DNA from: Ignavibacteria bacterium
Lineage (GTDB): Bacteria > Elusimicrobiota > Endomicrobiia > PHAN01
Length of the DNA: 64,000 nt
Assembly: GCA_041694835.1 (NCBI GenBank)
Contig: JBGFRZ010000082.1
Coordinates: 52,266 to 116,265, forward strand
Reading direction: 5' to 3'
This document shows, piece after piece, positions 55,468 through 64,000 of this stretch. The stretch's first letter is position 1, and the number at the start of each line of letters is the position of its first letter. Made by a program: the position numbers and the translations under genes. Below the pieces are notes generated by a model. That model was given only the letters and a program-made list of their open reading frames with translations, did no database searches and was not told where the DNA came from.

Positions 55468-56484
55468 ATGAAAACAAAGGTAAAATGTAAACAAAGAGAG
55501 AACAAACAATCGTTTGTAAGAGAGAACGTAACCTCATCACTTTCTTATCGGATAACTATACCAAATTTTGAATATGGTGCTATTTGGGAAGACCCGATTA
55601 GCGGACATAAAATTGGCTGCCTTGATGTATCAAAAAAGGAAGATGTTGAAAGGCTGATGCAGGGCAAAAAAGCAATCTTAGCGGTTCAAGACCCGCCGTA
55701 TAATGTTGATATAAATGACGAGTTTGGAAACTTGCCTTTGGAAAAATACATTAACTGGAGCGAAAAGTGGGTTGATAATACAATAGATATTCTTGATAAA
55801 AATTCCTCTCTTTATATTTGGCTTGGTGCAGATATTAGAAATGCCTTGCAACCACTACCAGATTTTATGATTATGATGAGAAACAAACCCGTTCAAATTA
55901 GAAACTTTATTACAATGAGAAATCAACGGGGGTACGGAACTCAGAAAAACTGGATGGCAATACGGCAAGAATTGCTTTACTACATAAAAGGCGAGCCGAT
56001 TTTTAATGTTCAAGCCGAATATACAGACATACTAAAAAAAACAAAGGGATACTATAAAGAAGTAAACGGAAAAGTTACGGAAAATTTTGAGAGAAGCAAA
56101 TCCTTAACTATCAGAGCAGGAAATGTTTGGCACGATATACAACAGGTTTTCTATTTAATGCATGAGAATGTAGAGGGTTGTTTTGCTCAAAAACCACTTA
56201 AATCAGTAAAAAGAATTATTGAAGCAAGTAGTAATAAGGGCGACATTGTCATAGATTTTTTCGGCCATTCCGGTTCTACTTTGTTGCAAACGGAATTAAG
56301 TAAAAGAAAATGTTATACGATGGATATAAATCCCGCATATTGCAAAATAATGGCCGCCCGCCTGCTCCATTATCGCCGAACAGGCGAAACTGGCTGGGGC
56401 AGGACAAAAATTTTAAAGGATGGGAAAATTTTAGTGCAGGACGAACAATTATTAGGCACACCAACCTTATTAGATTTAATTTAA
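55468..56484 (+). CDS. DNA methyltransferase, N6-adenine/N4-cytosine (PF01555-type, DPPY motif), inserted between gyrB and gyrA
   Basis: AVQDPPYNVDI is motif IV. IDFFGHSGSTLLQTELSKRKCYTMDINPAYCKIMAARL is motif I. The gene is AT-rich. Confidence 0.8.
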   Translation: MKTKVKCKQRENKQSFVRENVTSSLSYRITIPNFEYGAIWEDPISGHKIGCLDVSKKEDVERLMQGKKAILAVQDPPYNVDINDEFGNLPLEKYINWSEKWVDNTIDILDKNSSLYIWLGADIRNALQPLPDFMIMMRNKPVQIRNFITMRNQRGYGTQKNWMAIRQELLYYIKGEPIFNVQAEYTDILKKTKGYYKEVNGKVTENFERSKSLTIRAGNVWHDIQQVFYLMHENVEGCFAQKPLKSVKRIIEASSNKGDIVIDFFGHSGSTLLQTELSKRKCYTMDINPAYCKIMAARLLHYRRTGETGWGRTKILKDGKILVQDEQLLGTPTLLDLI

Positions 56485-56489
56485 ACAAT

Positions 56490-57221
56490 ATGGACAAAAG
56501 GAATTTAGACAAAAAACTGGAAGAATGGATTAAAGAATTACCACAGGAAAGTAAGAAATCTTTACTGGCTCGTTTAAGCGGTTTGAAATCTATTTATCCG
56601 TTCAATGAATACGAATATCGTTTGATGTATCTTTTGGATAAGAAAATTATTACTTTCCGAGAGTATGAGGATTTGAGAAATTCCTATGTTAATGCCAATC
56701 CTTATCTGAATCTCTATAGTATTTCGCCGCGAGTGTTTGGTGAAATTTGGGCCCAACAGCATTTAGTTGATATTGATGCAAGATTTAAGAAACCGTCAAA
56801 AAAAATTGATAAAAAGTATTCCGGCGATTATGACCTTTATCTTGAAAACGAAAAGAAAATAATAAAAGTTGAAGTTAAGGCATGTCGGGCAATCAATACA
56901 AAACTTCGTGGCGGACTGGAAACCAAAGCGTTAAGCTTTGAATCAGACGAGCCGTATTGGATGAATTTTCAGCAGATTAAATTGGACATAGCGGATGTTT
57001 TCGTTTTTGTCGGCGTTTGGGTAGATAAAATTCTTTATTGGGTTTTAACGAATAAAGAGGTTAAGAAACACCCAACCAGAAGTCATCAACACAGAGGCGG
57101 TATTGAATACCAAATTGGCATTACAGAAAAGAATATAAAGGAATTTAAGAAATTTTTAGTTAAACCAAATCGATTAGTTGATAATATAAAATCAAACTTG
57201 CTAAAGGATGGAATTACTTAA
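56490..57221 (+). CDS. candidate type II restriction endonuclease with PD-(D/E)xK-like motif
   Basis: [19 protein letters not shown] has the D...E-V-K spacing. It lies immediately downstream of the MTase and is AT-rich. The start was chosen at MDKRNLDKK, because the track ORF overlaps the MTase by 175 bp. Confidence 0.4.
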   Translation: MDKRNLDKKLEEWIKELPQESKKSLLARLSGLKSIYPFNEYEYRLMYLLDKKIITFREYEDLRNSYVNANPYLNLYSISPRVFGEIWAQQHLVDIDARFKKPSKKIDKKYSGDYDLYLENEKKIIKVEVKACRAINTKLRGGLETKALSFESDEPYWMNFQQIKLDIADVFVFVGVWVDKILYWVLTNKEVKKHPTRSHQHRGGIEYQIGITEKNIKEFKKFLVKPNRLVDNIKSNLLKDGIT

Positions 57222-57223
57222 TT

Positions 57224-59746
57224 ATGACGGAACAGAATGAAAAAAATTTAGAAAAAAATCAAAAACAAGAAATCTTACCGACGGGCATAACCCCCAGAAA
57301 CATTGAAGACGAGATGAAGTCGTCATTCATTGATTATTCGATGAGCGTTATAATGAGCCGCGCTCTTCCCGATATTCGCGACGGTTTGAAACCCGTTCAT
57401 CGAAGAATTTTATTCACAATGAAAGAAATGGGTCTTCGACATAACGTTGCATATAAAAAGTCAGCCCGCGTCGTCGGTGATTGCCTTGGAAAGTATCATC
57501 CGCACGGCGACACCGCCGTCTATGATTCAATGGTCAGAATGGCTCAGGATTTTTCGCTCAGATACCCGCTTGTCGACGGACAAGGCAATTTCGGCTCAGT
57601 CGACGGCGATAGCCCTGCCGCTATGAGATACACGGAAGTAAGAATGAAGACCATAGCCGACGAACTCTTGTCAGACCTTGACAAAGAAACGGTGGATTTT
57701 GTCCCGAACTACGACGGTTCACTTGAAGAGCCGTCCATACTTCCAGCAAAACTTCCCAATCTTTTAATCAACGGCTCGTCGGGCATTGCCGTCGGTATGG
57801 CAACGAACATACCGCCGCATAACCTGTCTGAGGTTATAGACGGAACGCTCGCCGTCATCGATGACCCTGAAATAACGGTTCAGGGGATTTCAAAAATCGT
57901 CAAAGGCCCAGATTTTCCGACGGCAGGAATAATTCAAGGAAAATCCGGAATAAAGAGTTATCTTGAAACCGGTCGCGGCTCCGTCAAGATGCGCGCCAAA
58001 GCCGAGCTCGAGGAGATGAAGGGCAACCGCGAGGCGATAATAATAAACGAGCTCCCCTACCAAGTGAACAAAGCGTCCCTGCTTGAAGCCATAGCCGACC
58101 TTGTAAAGGACAAAAAACTCGACGGTATATCAGATCTCAGAGATGAGTCCGACAGAAAAGGGATGAGGGTGGTCATAGAGCTCAAGCGCGACGCAAACGC
58201 TCAGATAGTTTTGAACCAACTGTTCAAGCACACCCAGATGGAGAGTTCGTTCGGCGTAATAATGCTTGCAATCGTCGACGGCAAACCGCGAATATTGAAC
58301 ATAAAACAACTCCTTGAAAACTATATCGAGCACAGAAAAGTAATCGTCATAAGGCGGACAAAATATGAATTAAAAAAAGCCGAGGCTCGCGCCCATATCC
58401 TTGAAGGATTGAAAATCGCTCTCGACCATCTCGACGCCGTCATAAAGACGATAAGAGAATCAAAGGATGTTGAGTCGGCTCGCGAACGTCTGATAGAAAA
58501 ATTCAAACTCACAAAAATTCAGGCGCAGGCGATACTGGAAATGAAACTCCAGCAATTGACAAATCTCGAAAGAAAGAAAATCGACGACGAATATCTTGAG
58601 TTGATAAAGTTGATTGATAAATTGAAATCAATTCTGGCAGATACCCGAAAGGTATTGAACGTCATCAGGACGGAACTGGAAGAACTGAAAGAAAAACACG
58701 GCGACGCCCGCCGCACAAGGATTGTTGCCCAGATGGTCGAACTCGACGAGGAAGATTTGATTCAGCATGAAGAAGTCGCGGTAACGCTTTCGCATACCGG
58801 CTACATTAAAAGGATACCACTCTCTACTTACAGAGCTCAGGGTCGCGGTGGTAGGGGCGTTACGGGAATGACAACGAAAGACGAGGACTTCGTCGAACAT
58901 CTCTTTACGACCGACACTCATGCGTATCTCTTGCTTTTCACGAATAAAGGACGATGTCACTGGCTCAGGGTCTATGAAATTCCCGAAGGAACTCGCGCGG
59001 CGAAAGGCAAGGCGGCGGTTAATTTTATTCAGATCAGCTCCAATGAAAAAATAACGGCGGCCATACCCATCAAGTCATTTGAGGAAGAAAAAGAATCGTA
59101 TCTTCTGATGGCGACAAAAACGGGAACGATAAAGAAGACACCCCTTTCCGAATATTCAAACCCTAGAAAAGGCGGAATAATAGCGCTCAATCTTGAAACC
59201 GGAGATGAACTCATAGATGTCAAGCATACCGACGGCGAATCCGAAGTGCTCATGGCCACCAGAGACGGCATAGCCATAAGATTCAAGGAGACGGATGTCA
59301 GACCGATCGGCCGCGCAGGAAAAGGCGTAAGAGGTATAAAACTTGAAAAAAACGACTCTGTCGTAGGCATGGAAGCCGTCAGAAAAGACGACATATTTCT
59401 TACCGCCACCGAGAACGGCTACGGAAAAAGAACAGAGGTCGGCAAATATCGTCTTCAATCGCGTAGCGGAAAAGGCGTCAAAAATATGAAAACGACCGAT
59501 AGAAACGGAAGAGTCGTAGGGATAAAGAAAGCGATCGATACAGACGACCTTATGCTTATGACTCAAAAAGGCGTGACTATACGGCTTGCGTGTCAGTCAG
59601 TTGGTATAATAGGAAGAAATGTGCAAGGCGTTCGACTTGTGCGTCTTGATGAAGGCGATAAACTTTCTGCCATAGCGACCGTCGTTAAAGAAGAAAACGG
59701 CGACTCGGCCGCTAACCCCGAGAAATCGGAGAAATCTCAGCAGTGA
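57224..59746 (+). CDS. gyrA: DNA gyrase subunit A
   Basis: AMRYTE carries the active-site Tyr region. The QRDR-like region and the C-terminal beta-pinwheel repeats are present. Confidence 0.95.
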   Translation: MTEQNEKNLEKNQKQEILPTGITPRNIEDEMKSSFIDYSMSVIMSRALPDIRDGLKPVHRRILFTMKEMGLRHNVAYKKSARVVGDCLGKYHPHGDTAVYDSMVRMAQDFSLRYPLVDGQGNFGSVDGDSPAAMRYTEVRMKTIADELLSDLDKETVDFVPNYDGSLEEPSILPAKLPNLLINGSSGIAVGMATNIPPHNLSEVIDGTLAVIDDPEITVQGISKIVKGPDFPTAGIIQGKSGIKSYLETGRGSVKMRAKAELEEMKGNREAIIINELPYQVNKASLLEAIADLVKDKKLDGISDLRDESDRKGMRVVIELKRDANAQIVLNQLFKHTQMESSFGVIMLAIVDGKPRILNIKQLLENYIEHRKVIVIRRTKYELKKAEARAHILEGLKIALDHLDAVIKTIRESKDVESARERLIEKFKLTKIQAQAILEMKLQQLTNLERKKIDDEYLELIKLIDKLKSILADTRKVLNVIRTELEELKEKHGDARRTRIVAQMVELDEEDLIQHEEVAVTLSHTGYIKRIPLSTYRAQGRGGRGVTGMTTKDEDFVEHLFTTDTHAYLLLFTNKGRCHWLRVYEIPEGTRAAKGKAAVNFIQISSNEKITAAIPIKSFEEEKESYLLMATKTGTIKKTPLSEYSNPRKGGIIALNLETGDELIDVKHTDGESEVLMATRDGIAIRFKETDVRPIGRAGKGVRGIKLEKNDSVVGMEAVRKDDIFLTATENGYGKRTEVGKYRLQSRSGKGVKNMKTTDRNGRVVGIKKAIDTDDLMLMTQKGVTIRLACQSVGIIGRNVQGVRLVRLDEGDKLSAIATVVKEENGDSAANPEKSEKSQQ

Positions 59747-59812
59747 TAAATTTCTCAGACGAGAAATTCGAACAAATGTTCGAAAGTTCCGACGAGAGAA
59801 TTCGGGGGTTTA

Positions 59813-60232
59813 ATGGAAGGCTTCAAGCTAATAAACCACACCGCCGATACAGGGATAGAAGTCGCAGGTCATACCCTTGAAGAGCTTTTTGTAAATTCGG
59901 CTCGCGGCTTATATTGCATACTTCTTGGCGAAAAAGTTGAATCCCGCCTCAAAAAAAAACTTCCCCAAAAAAGCAATATCTCCCTCGATGCCCCGGATAT
60001 AGAAACCCTAATAGTTGAATGGCTTAATGAGATTCTTTTTTTTGCCGTAAATAAAAACAAGTATTTTGATAAAATAGAGTTAAAGATATCTGGCAACGCG
60101 CTGAAAGCGTCGCTTGCCGGCGGCATATTTGAAGGCGGTTTCCGTCACGAGGTAAAATCGACGACATATCACGACTTAAAAATCGAAAAAACAAAAAAAG
60201 GTTACAGAACAAAAATAATATTCGACATCTGA
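59813..60232 (+). CDS. archease
   Basis: MEGFKLINHTADTGIEV and length (139 aa). It lies upstream of rtcB, as is typical. Confidence 0.8.
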   Translation: MEGFKLINHTADTGIEVAGHTLEELFVNSARGLYCILLGEKVESRLKKKLPQKSNISLDAPDIETLIVEWLNEILFFAVNKNKYFDKIELKISGNALKASLAGGIFEGGFRHEVKSTTYHDLKIEKTKKGYRTKIIFDI

Positions 60233-60254
60233 AGCAGCGAAGCGAATAAAAATC

Positions 60255-61706
60255 ATGGAACTTTCACTTACTAAAGTTGATAGCTACAGGTGGAAAATCG
60301 AAAAAAGTGTTCCAATGAGAGTCGAAGGCTTGATTTTCGCCTCAGAGAAGATGATTCCTCATATACGTTCACAGAAAGCGGTCCAGCAGGTCTCAAATGT
60401 GGCTACGCTTCCTGGAATTGTTGGTATGTCCCTGGCTATGCCGGACATCCACTGGGGATACGGCTTTCCGATAGGTGGCGTGGCTGCTTTCGACGTAAAT
60501 ACAGGAATAATTTCTCCCGGAGGAGTCGGCTACGATATTAATTGTGGAGTGAGGCTTCTGAGAACAAATCTGAAAAAGCAAGACATAAAAATTCCCCCCC
60601 TTGTTGAAGAGCTTTTCAGAAATATCCCCTCGGGCGTGGGCTCGACCGGAAAACTGACACTGACGCAAACAGAAGTAAAAAATGTTTTGGTGGAAGGCGC
60701 CAAGTGGGCGGTAAAAAAAGGATTTGGTTTTCTTGAGGATATTAAACGCACGGAGGAAGGGGGAGCCATGGCCGGCGCCGACTATGATGATGTTTCGGCT
60801 AGGGCGATAGAGAGAGGAAAACCTCAACTCGGAACGCTTGGGGCCGGAAATCACTTTCTCGAGATTCAGGAGCTCGTCGAGATTTACGACGAAAAAGCGG
60901 CGGCGGTTCTCGGAGTATTCAAGGGACAGATAATGATAATGATTCATACCGGTTCCCGCGGGCTCGGGTATCAGGTCTGCGATGACTACCTTAAAATGCT
61001 ACAGCATGCGATTCAAAAATACAACATTTTCCTTCCCGACAGGCAGCTAGCCTGCGCCCCGGTTGATTCGCCCGAAGGCAAGAAATACTTCTCGGCTATG
61101 GCCGCCGCTGCAAACTACGCATGGGCCAACAGGCAACTCATAACCCACTGGACGAGGGAATCATTCATAAGAGCGCTTTCAAAATCAATTTCGGATATCG
61201 GGCTTGAGGTCGTCTATGATGTCGCCCACAACATAGCGAAGTTTGAAGAGCATATCGTTTCCGATGACAATGCCCAAGAAGGCCGTCGGCGACGGCTTCT
61301 TATTCACAGAAAGGGCGCCACGCGTTCTTTTCCCGCGAAGCATCCCGACATTCCGAAAGATTACATAACCGTAGGACAACCCGTGATAGTACCGGGAACG
61401 ATGGGAACCGAGAGCTATCTCCTTATAGGGACAGAATACGCGATGAAAGAAACATGGGGCTCCACTTGCCATGGGGCGGGCCGAATGATGAGCCGCTCCC
61501 AGATTTTAAGACAGGTGAGGGGGGAAGAGTTGAAGAATCGCTTACGCGATCAGGGCATCAGTGTCTTGTCCGAATCATGGAAGACGCTTGCCGAGGAAGC
61601 GCCCGAGGCGTATAAGGATGTCACAGAAGTTGTCGATGTCTGCCACAATGCCGGGATTTCGAAAAAAGTTGCCAAGATGAAACCCCTTGGCGTTATAAAA
61701 GGGTGA
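60255..61706 (+). CDS. rtcB: RNA-splicing ligase RtcB
   Basis: PDIHWGYGFPIGGV, GAGNHFLEIQ and CHGAGR are the conserved RtcB metal- and GTP-binding motifs. Confidence 0.9.
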   Translation: MELSLTKVDSYRWKIEKSVPMRVEGLIFASEKMIPHIRSQKAVQQVSNVATLPGIVGMSLAMPDIHWGYGFPIGGVAAFDVNTGIISPGGVGYDINCGVRLLRTNLKKQDIKIPPLVEELFRNIPSGVGSTGKLTLTQTEVKNVLVEGAKWAVKKGFGFLEDIKRTEEGGAMAGADYDDVSARAIERGKPQLGTLGAGNHFLEIQELVEIYDEKAAAVLGVFKGQIMIMIHTGSRGLGYQVCDDYLKMLQHAIQKYNIFLPDRQLACAPVDSPEGKKYFSAMAAAANYAWANRQLITHWTRESFIRALSKSISDIGLEVVYDVAHNIAKFEEHIVSDDNAQEGRRRRLLIHRKGATRSFPAKHPDIPKDYITVGQPVIVPGTMGTESYLLIGTEYAMKETWGSTCHGAGRMMSRSQILRQVRGEELKNRLRDQGISVLSESWKTLAEEAPEAYKDVTEVVDVCHNAGISKKVAKMKPLGVIKG

Positions 61707-61780
61707 CGCAACTTTATTAAAAATATATTATTTTTTTGTATAATGAGCTCGTTGAAAAACCTTAATCTTTTGAACGATTT

Positions 61781-61885
61781 GGCAGTTTTAGGTTAAAAGT
61801 TGAAATCGTTTAGACCGCAATGTCCGACGAGCAAAGCGAGGAGTTTTGCGGTCTGATTGAAACTTTTAACCGTTAAGAAACTGCC
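61781..61885 (+). ncRNA. candidate cis-regulatory RNA: ~105-nt extended imperfect stem-loop in the leader of the COG1900 homocysteine-synthesis operon
   Basis: ggcagtttt/aaactgcc, ggttaaaagtt/aacttttaacc and agaccgcaa/ttgcggtct are nested complementary pairs around the loop tgtccgacgagcaaagcgaggagt. Confidence 0.35.
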
Positions 61886-61933
61886 CTTTAAGTGAAAAAG
61901 ATGGGTTTTTCAATAATCTCATAATATCTTGCT

Positions 61934-63097
61934 ATGAAGCAAATACGTTCTTATGCAGAAATTAACGAGAAGATAAAAAATGGGAGAGCGGTGGTTCTCA
62001 CCGCCGAAGAATTCATAAAACTCTCAAAAAAAGAAGGGCTCAAATCCGCTGCTAAAAAAGTGGACATAGTCACAACCGCCACTTTCGGTCCGATGTGCTC
62101 TTCGGGCATTATCCTCAACTTCGGACACTCTGATCCGCCAATAAAAATGCAGAGCGTCTGGCTCAACGACGTTCCCACCCACGCGGGTCTTGCCGCCGTG
62201 GACATATATCTCGGCGCGACAGAAATTTCGACGACGAAAGGGATGGAATATGGTGGTGCTCATGTAATAGAAGATCTTATCAGGCGCAATAAAGTAACGC
62301 TCAAGGCCGTTGCCTACGGAACCGACTGCTATCCGAGGAAAGACATAAAAACAAAGTTCACGCTTGATTCAATAAATCAGGCGATAATGCTCAATCCTCG
62401 CAATGCGTACCAGAATTACTCCGTCGCAGTTAACTCGTCAAACAGGACGCTTTACACATACATGGGTGTGCTTCTTCCCAATCTTGGGAACGCTACTTAC
62501 TGTAACGCAAGCCAACTTTCGCCGATGATAAAAGATCCCCTTTACAGAACTATCGGCGTTGGAACGAGGATTTTCTTCGGCGGCGCCGTCGGATATGTAG
62601 CGTGGGAAGGAACTCAACACAATCCAACAAATGAGCGCGATCCGAATACGAAGATACCTTACACTCCATCTGGAACACTCTGTCTCATCGGCGATCTAAA
62701 AAATATGTCGACCGATTTTATCAGGGCCGCTTTGTTTCATAAATATGGAACGACTCTTTATGTCGGCGTTGGTATTCCTATACCTGTTCTGGATGAGGAT
62801 ATGGCAAGACATCTCGCTGTGACCGACGACAAAATTTTCGCTACGATAATCGACTACAGCGTCCCGAAGAGGGCGAAGCCGAAACTAGGAAGGGTTTCGT
62901 ATGCCGAGCTCCGTTCGGGTTACATAGAGATAGAAGGAAAAAAAGTTCCGACGGCTCCACTTTCAAGTTACGCCAAGGCGAGAGAGATTTCCTCAATACT
63001 TAAAAAGTGGATTGAAAGCGGCAAGTTCCCGATCACACAGCCCCTGGAAAGACTTTCCCTTGAAAGCACCTTCAAGCCGCTCGATGTGATGGAGTAA
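61934..63097 (+). CDS. COG1900/DUF39 homocysteine biosynthesis protein (sulfide-dependent, methanogen-type)
   Basis: MKQIRSYAEINEKIKNGRAVVLTAEEF and the overall DUF39 pattern. It is paired with a NIL-ferredoxin gene directly downstream. Confidence 0.7.
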   Translation: MKQIRSYAEINEKIKNGRAVVLTAEEFIKLSKKEGLKSAAKKVDIVTTATFGPMCSSGIILNFGHSDPPIKMQSVWLNDVPTHAGLAAVDIYLGATEISTTKGMEYGGAHVIEDLIRRNKVTLKAVAYGTDCYPRKDIKTKFTLDSINQAIMLNPRNAYQNYSVAVNSSNRTLYTYMGVLLPNLGNATYCNASQLSPMIKDPLYRTIGVGTRIFFGGAVGYVAWEGTQHNPTNERDPNTKIPYTPSGTLCLIGDLKNMSTDFIRAALFHKYGTTLYVGVGIPIPVLDEDMARHLAVTDDKIFATIIDYSVPKRAKPKLGRVSYAELRSGYIEIEGKKVPTAPLSSYAKAREISSILKKWIESGKFPITQPLERLSLESTFKPLDVME

Positions 63098-63099
63098 CT

Positions 63100-63507
63100 A
63101 TGGCGGTTAAACGAATTGTTTTATATTTTCCTCAGAAACTGATAGACAAGCCGATAATCTACCATCTTGTGAAGGATTACGCCCTCGTCACGAATATATT
63201 GAGGGCGAACGTTGAACCTGACGAAGCGGGGAGGATGGTTATCGAGATTTCCGGGACACCTTCGGGTATAAGCAAGGGGATAAAATTTTTAAAGAAGCAA
63301 AAAATAGAGATAGAGTATCTTGCGAGAGAGATTTCTGTAGATGTCAAATCCTGTGTTGACTGCGGTGCCTGCACTGCCGTCTGCCCTCAGGACGCTTTGG
63401 ATATAGGGGAGCCCGACTGGAGGCTTAAATTCGACAAAAACAAATGCATACTCTGTGGTTTATGCGTCCCCGCCTGCCCGGTCGGAGCCATAAAAATAAA
63501 AGTGTAA
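63100..63507 (+). CDS. NIL-domain + 2x[4Fe-4S] ferredoxin partner of COG1900 protein
   Basis: CVDCGACTAVCPQDAL and CILCGLCVPACPVGAI. The N-terminal ~75 aa is NIL-like. Confidence 0.7.
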   Translation: MAVKRIVLYFPQKLIDKPIIYHLVKDYALVTNILRANVEPDEAGRMVIEISGTPSGISKGIKFLKKQKIEIEYLAREISVDVKSCVDCGACTAVCPQDALDIGEPDWRLKFDKNKCILCGLCVPACPVGAIKIKV

Positions 63508-63641
63508 TTTAGAACAAAGGACCGCTCAACAAAAACCAACAAGTATTTTCGCTCTTTTTCTCTCTCCACCAAGTCGTGTCGCCCTGAAGTTTTCCACCTC
63601 CAAAATAGCGGGGATGAATCTTTGTTCTCAAGAGTTTTTCA

Positions 63642-64000
63642 GTGAAACATAAATTCTGGGATGTAAGGTCCTACAGAAACTTTTCCGAAAAAGACAAAAA
63701 CGAAAATAGACTTAAATACTTCAACGCGACCGTAGAAGAATCTGACATTTTTTTCCTCGCCGAGAGGGATCTTTCAGAAAATGCAATTAAACTCATAAGG
63801 CGTTTCAGGAAAGATATTGAAAGTTATATCGTAATTCATCCCAATTTTTTGAGAGCATTTACTTCCATCAAAGCGATTGGAAATCCGCCCGATATCGTAA
63901 AAGATATGATTCATTTTTCGAAAATCGCTAATGTCGGCCCGATGGCGGGCGTCGCCGGAGCGATAGCGGAATATGTCGGCAGGGAGCTTTTGAAGTTGAG
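63642..64000 (+). CDS. hypothetical protein, 5' partial at window end (GTG start)
   Basis: The reading frame is open from 63642 to the window end, ending ANVGPMAGVAGAIAEYVGRELLKL. It is not in the track because there is no stop codon. Confidence 0.3.
   Translation, partial: MKHKFWDVRSYRNFSEKDKNENRLKYFNATVEESDIFFLAERDLSENAIKLIRRFRKDIESYIVIHPNFLRAFTSIKAIGNPPDIVKDMIHFSKIANVGPMAGVAGAIAEYVGRELLKL

Noticed and set aside
56310-56489. Track ORF start at 56310, 60 codons upstream of MDKRNLDKK and overlapping the MTase by 175 bp
   Set aside because: The extension is read in an alternate frame of the methyltransferase 3' end. The AT-rich N-terminus MLYDGYKSRILQNNGRPPAPLSPNRR looks non-genuine. The downstream ATG was chosen.

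Overview
This is a bacterial chromosomal segment spanning the replication-origin neighbourhood. I could not place the taxon; the presence of T9SS-type C-terminal sorting domains suggests an FCB-group or candidate-phylum organism, but that is inference. All genes from 1 to 43431 are on the minus strand and all genes from 43702 onward are on the plus strand, so gene-strand bias flips at about 43.4-43.7 kb. The right half is a conserved housekeeping block with recognisable sequence hallmarks: tRNA-Leu(UAA), rpmH, rnpA, yidD, yidC, jag, mnmE, rsmA, dnaA (DnaA boxes directly upstream), dnaN, a DUF721/DciA-like ORF, gyrB, gyrA, archease, rtcB, and a COG1900 plus NIL-ferredoxin homocysteine-synthesis pair. 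An AT-rich restriction-modification (R-M) pair sits between gyrB and gyrA. The left half carries metabolic and signalling genes: a reductive pyrimidine catabolism set (PreA-like DPD, dihydropyrimidinase, M20 carbamoyl-amidohydrolase) next to panC, tungsten-type aldehyde:ferredoxin oxidoreductase, CoA-transferase, biotin carrier and carboxyltransferase, a class I fumarase alpha subunit, GAF-HD-GYP, a PilB/GspE-type ATPase, GAF-GGDEF and alkaline phosphatase. Two more AT-rich R-M islands are inserted there, one with an apparently frameshifted HNH nuclease. The most unusual feature is a tightly packed minus-strand operon of about 17.4 kb (1-17462). It encodes a stand-alone T9SS type-A CTD mini-protein and two FadL/PorV-like outer-membrane beta-barrels with C-terminal TPR or LysM additions. 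It also encodes a membrane protein that fuses a FliF/YscJ-like periplasmic ring-building motif, a transmembrane helix, a FliG-like middle and C domain, and TPR repeats. The operon continues with three overlapping coiled-coil proteins (1616, 1015 and 183 aa) and a 1212-aa Fn3-repeat surface protein ending in a T9SS type-B (FTPNGDGIND) sorting domain. A highly structured 510-bp leader lies upstream. The two FadL-like genes have signal-peptide coding regions made of short low-complexity repeats. Several intergenic regions carry a recurring purine-arm/pyrimidine-arm imperfect hairpin element. All calls rest on reading the translated ORFs and the DNA directly. No database search was possible. Coordinates may be off by 1-2 nt where I counted by hand.
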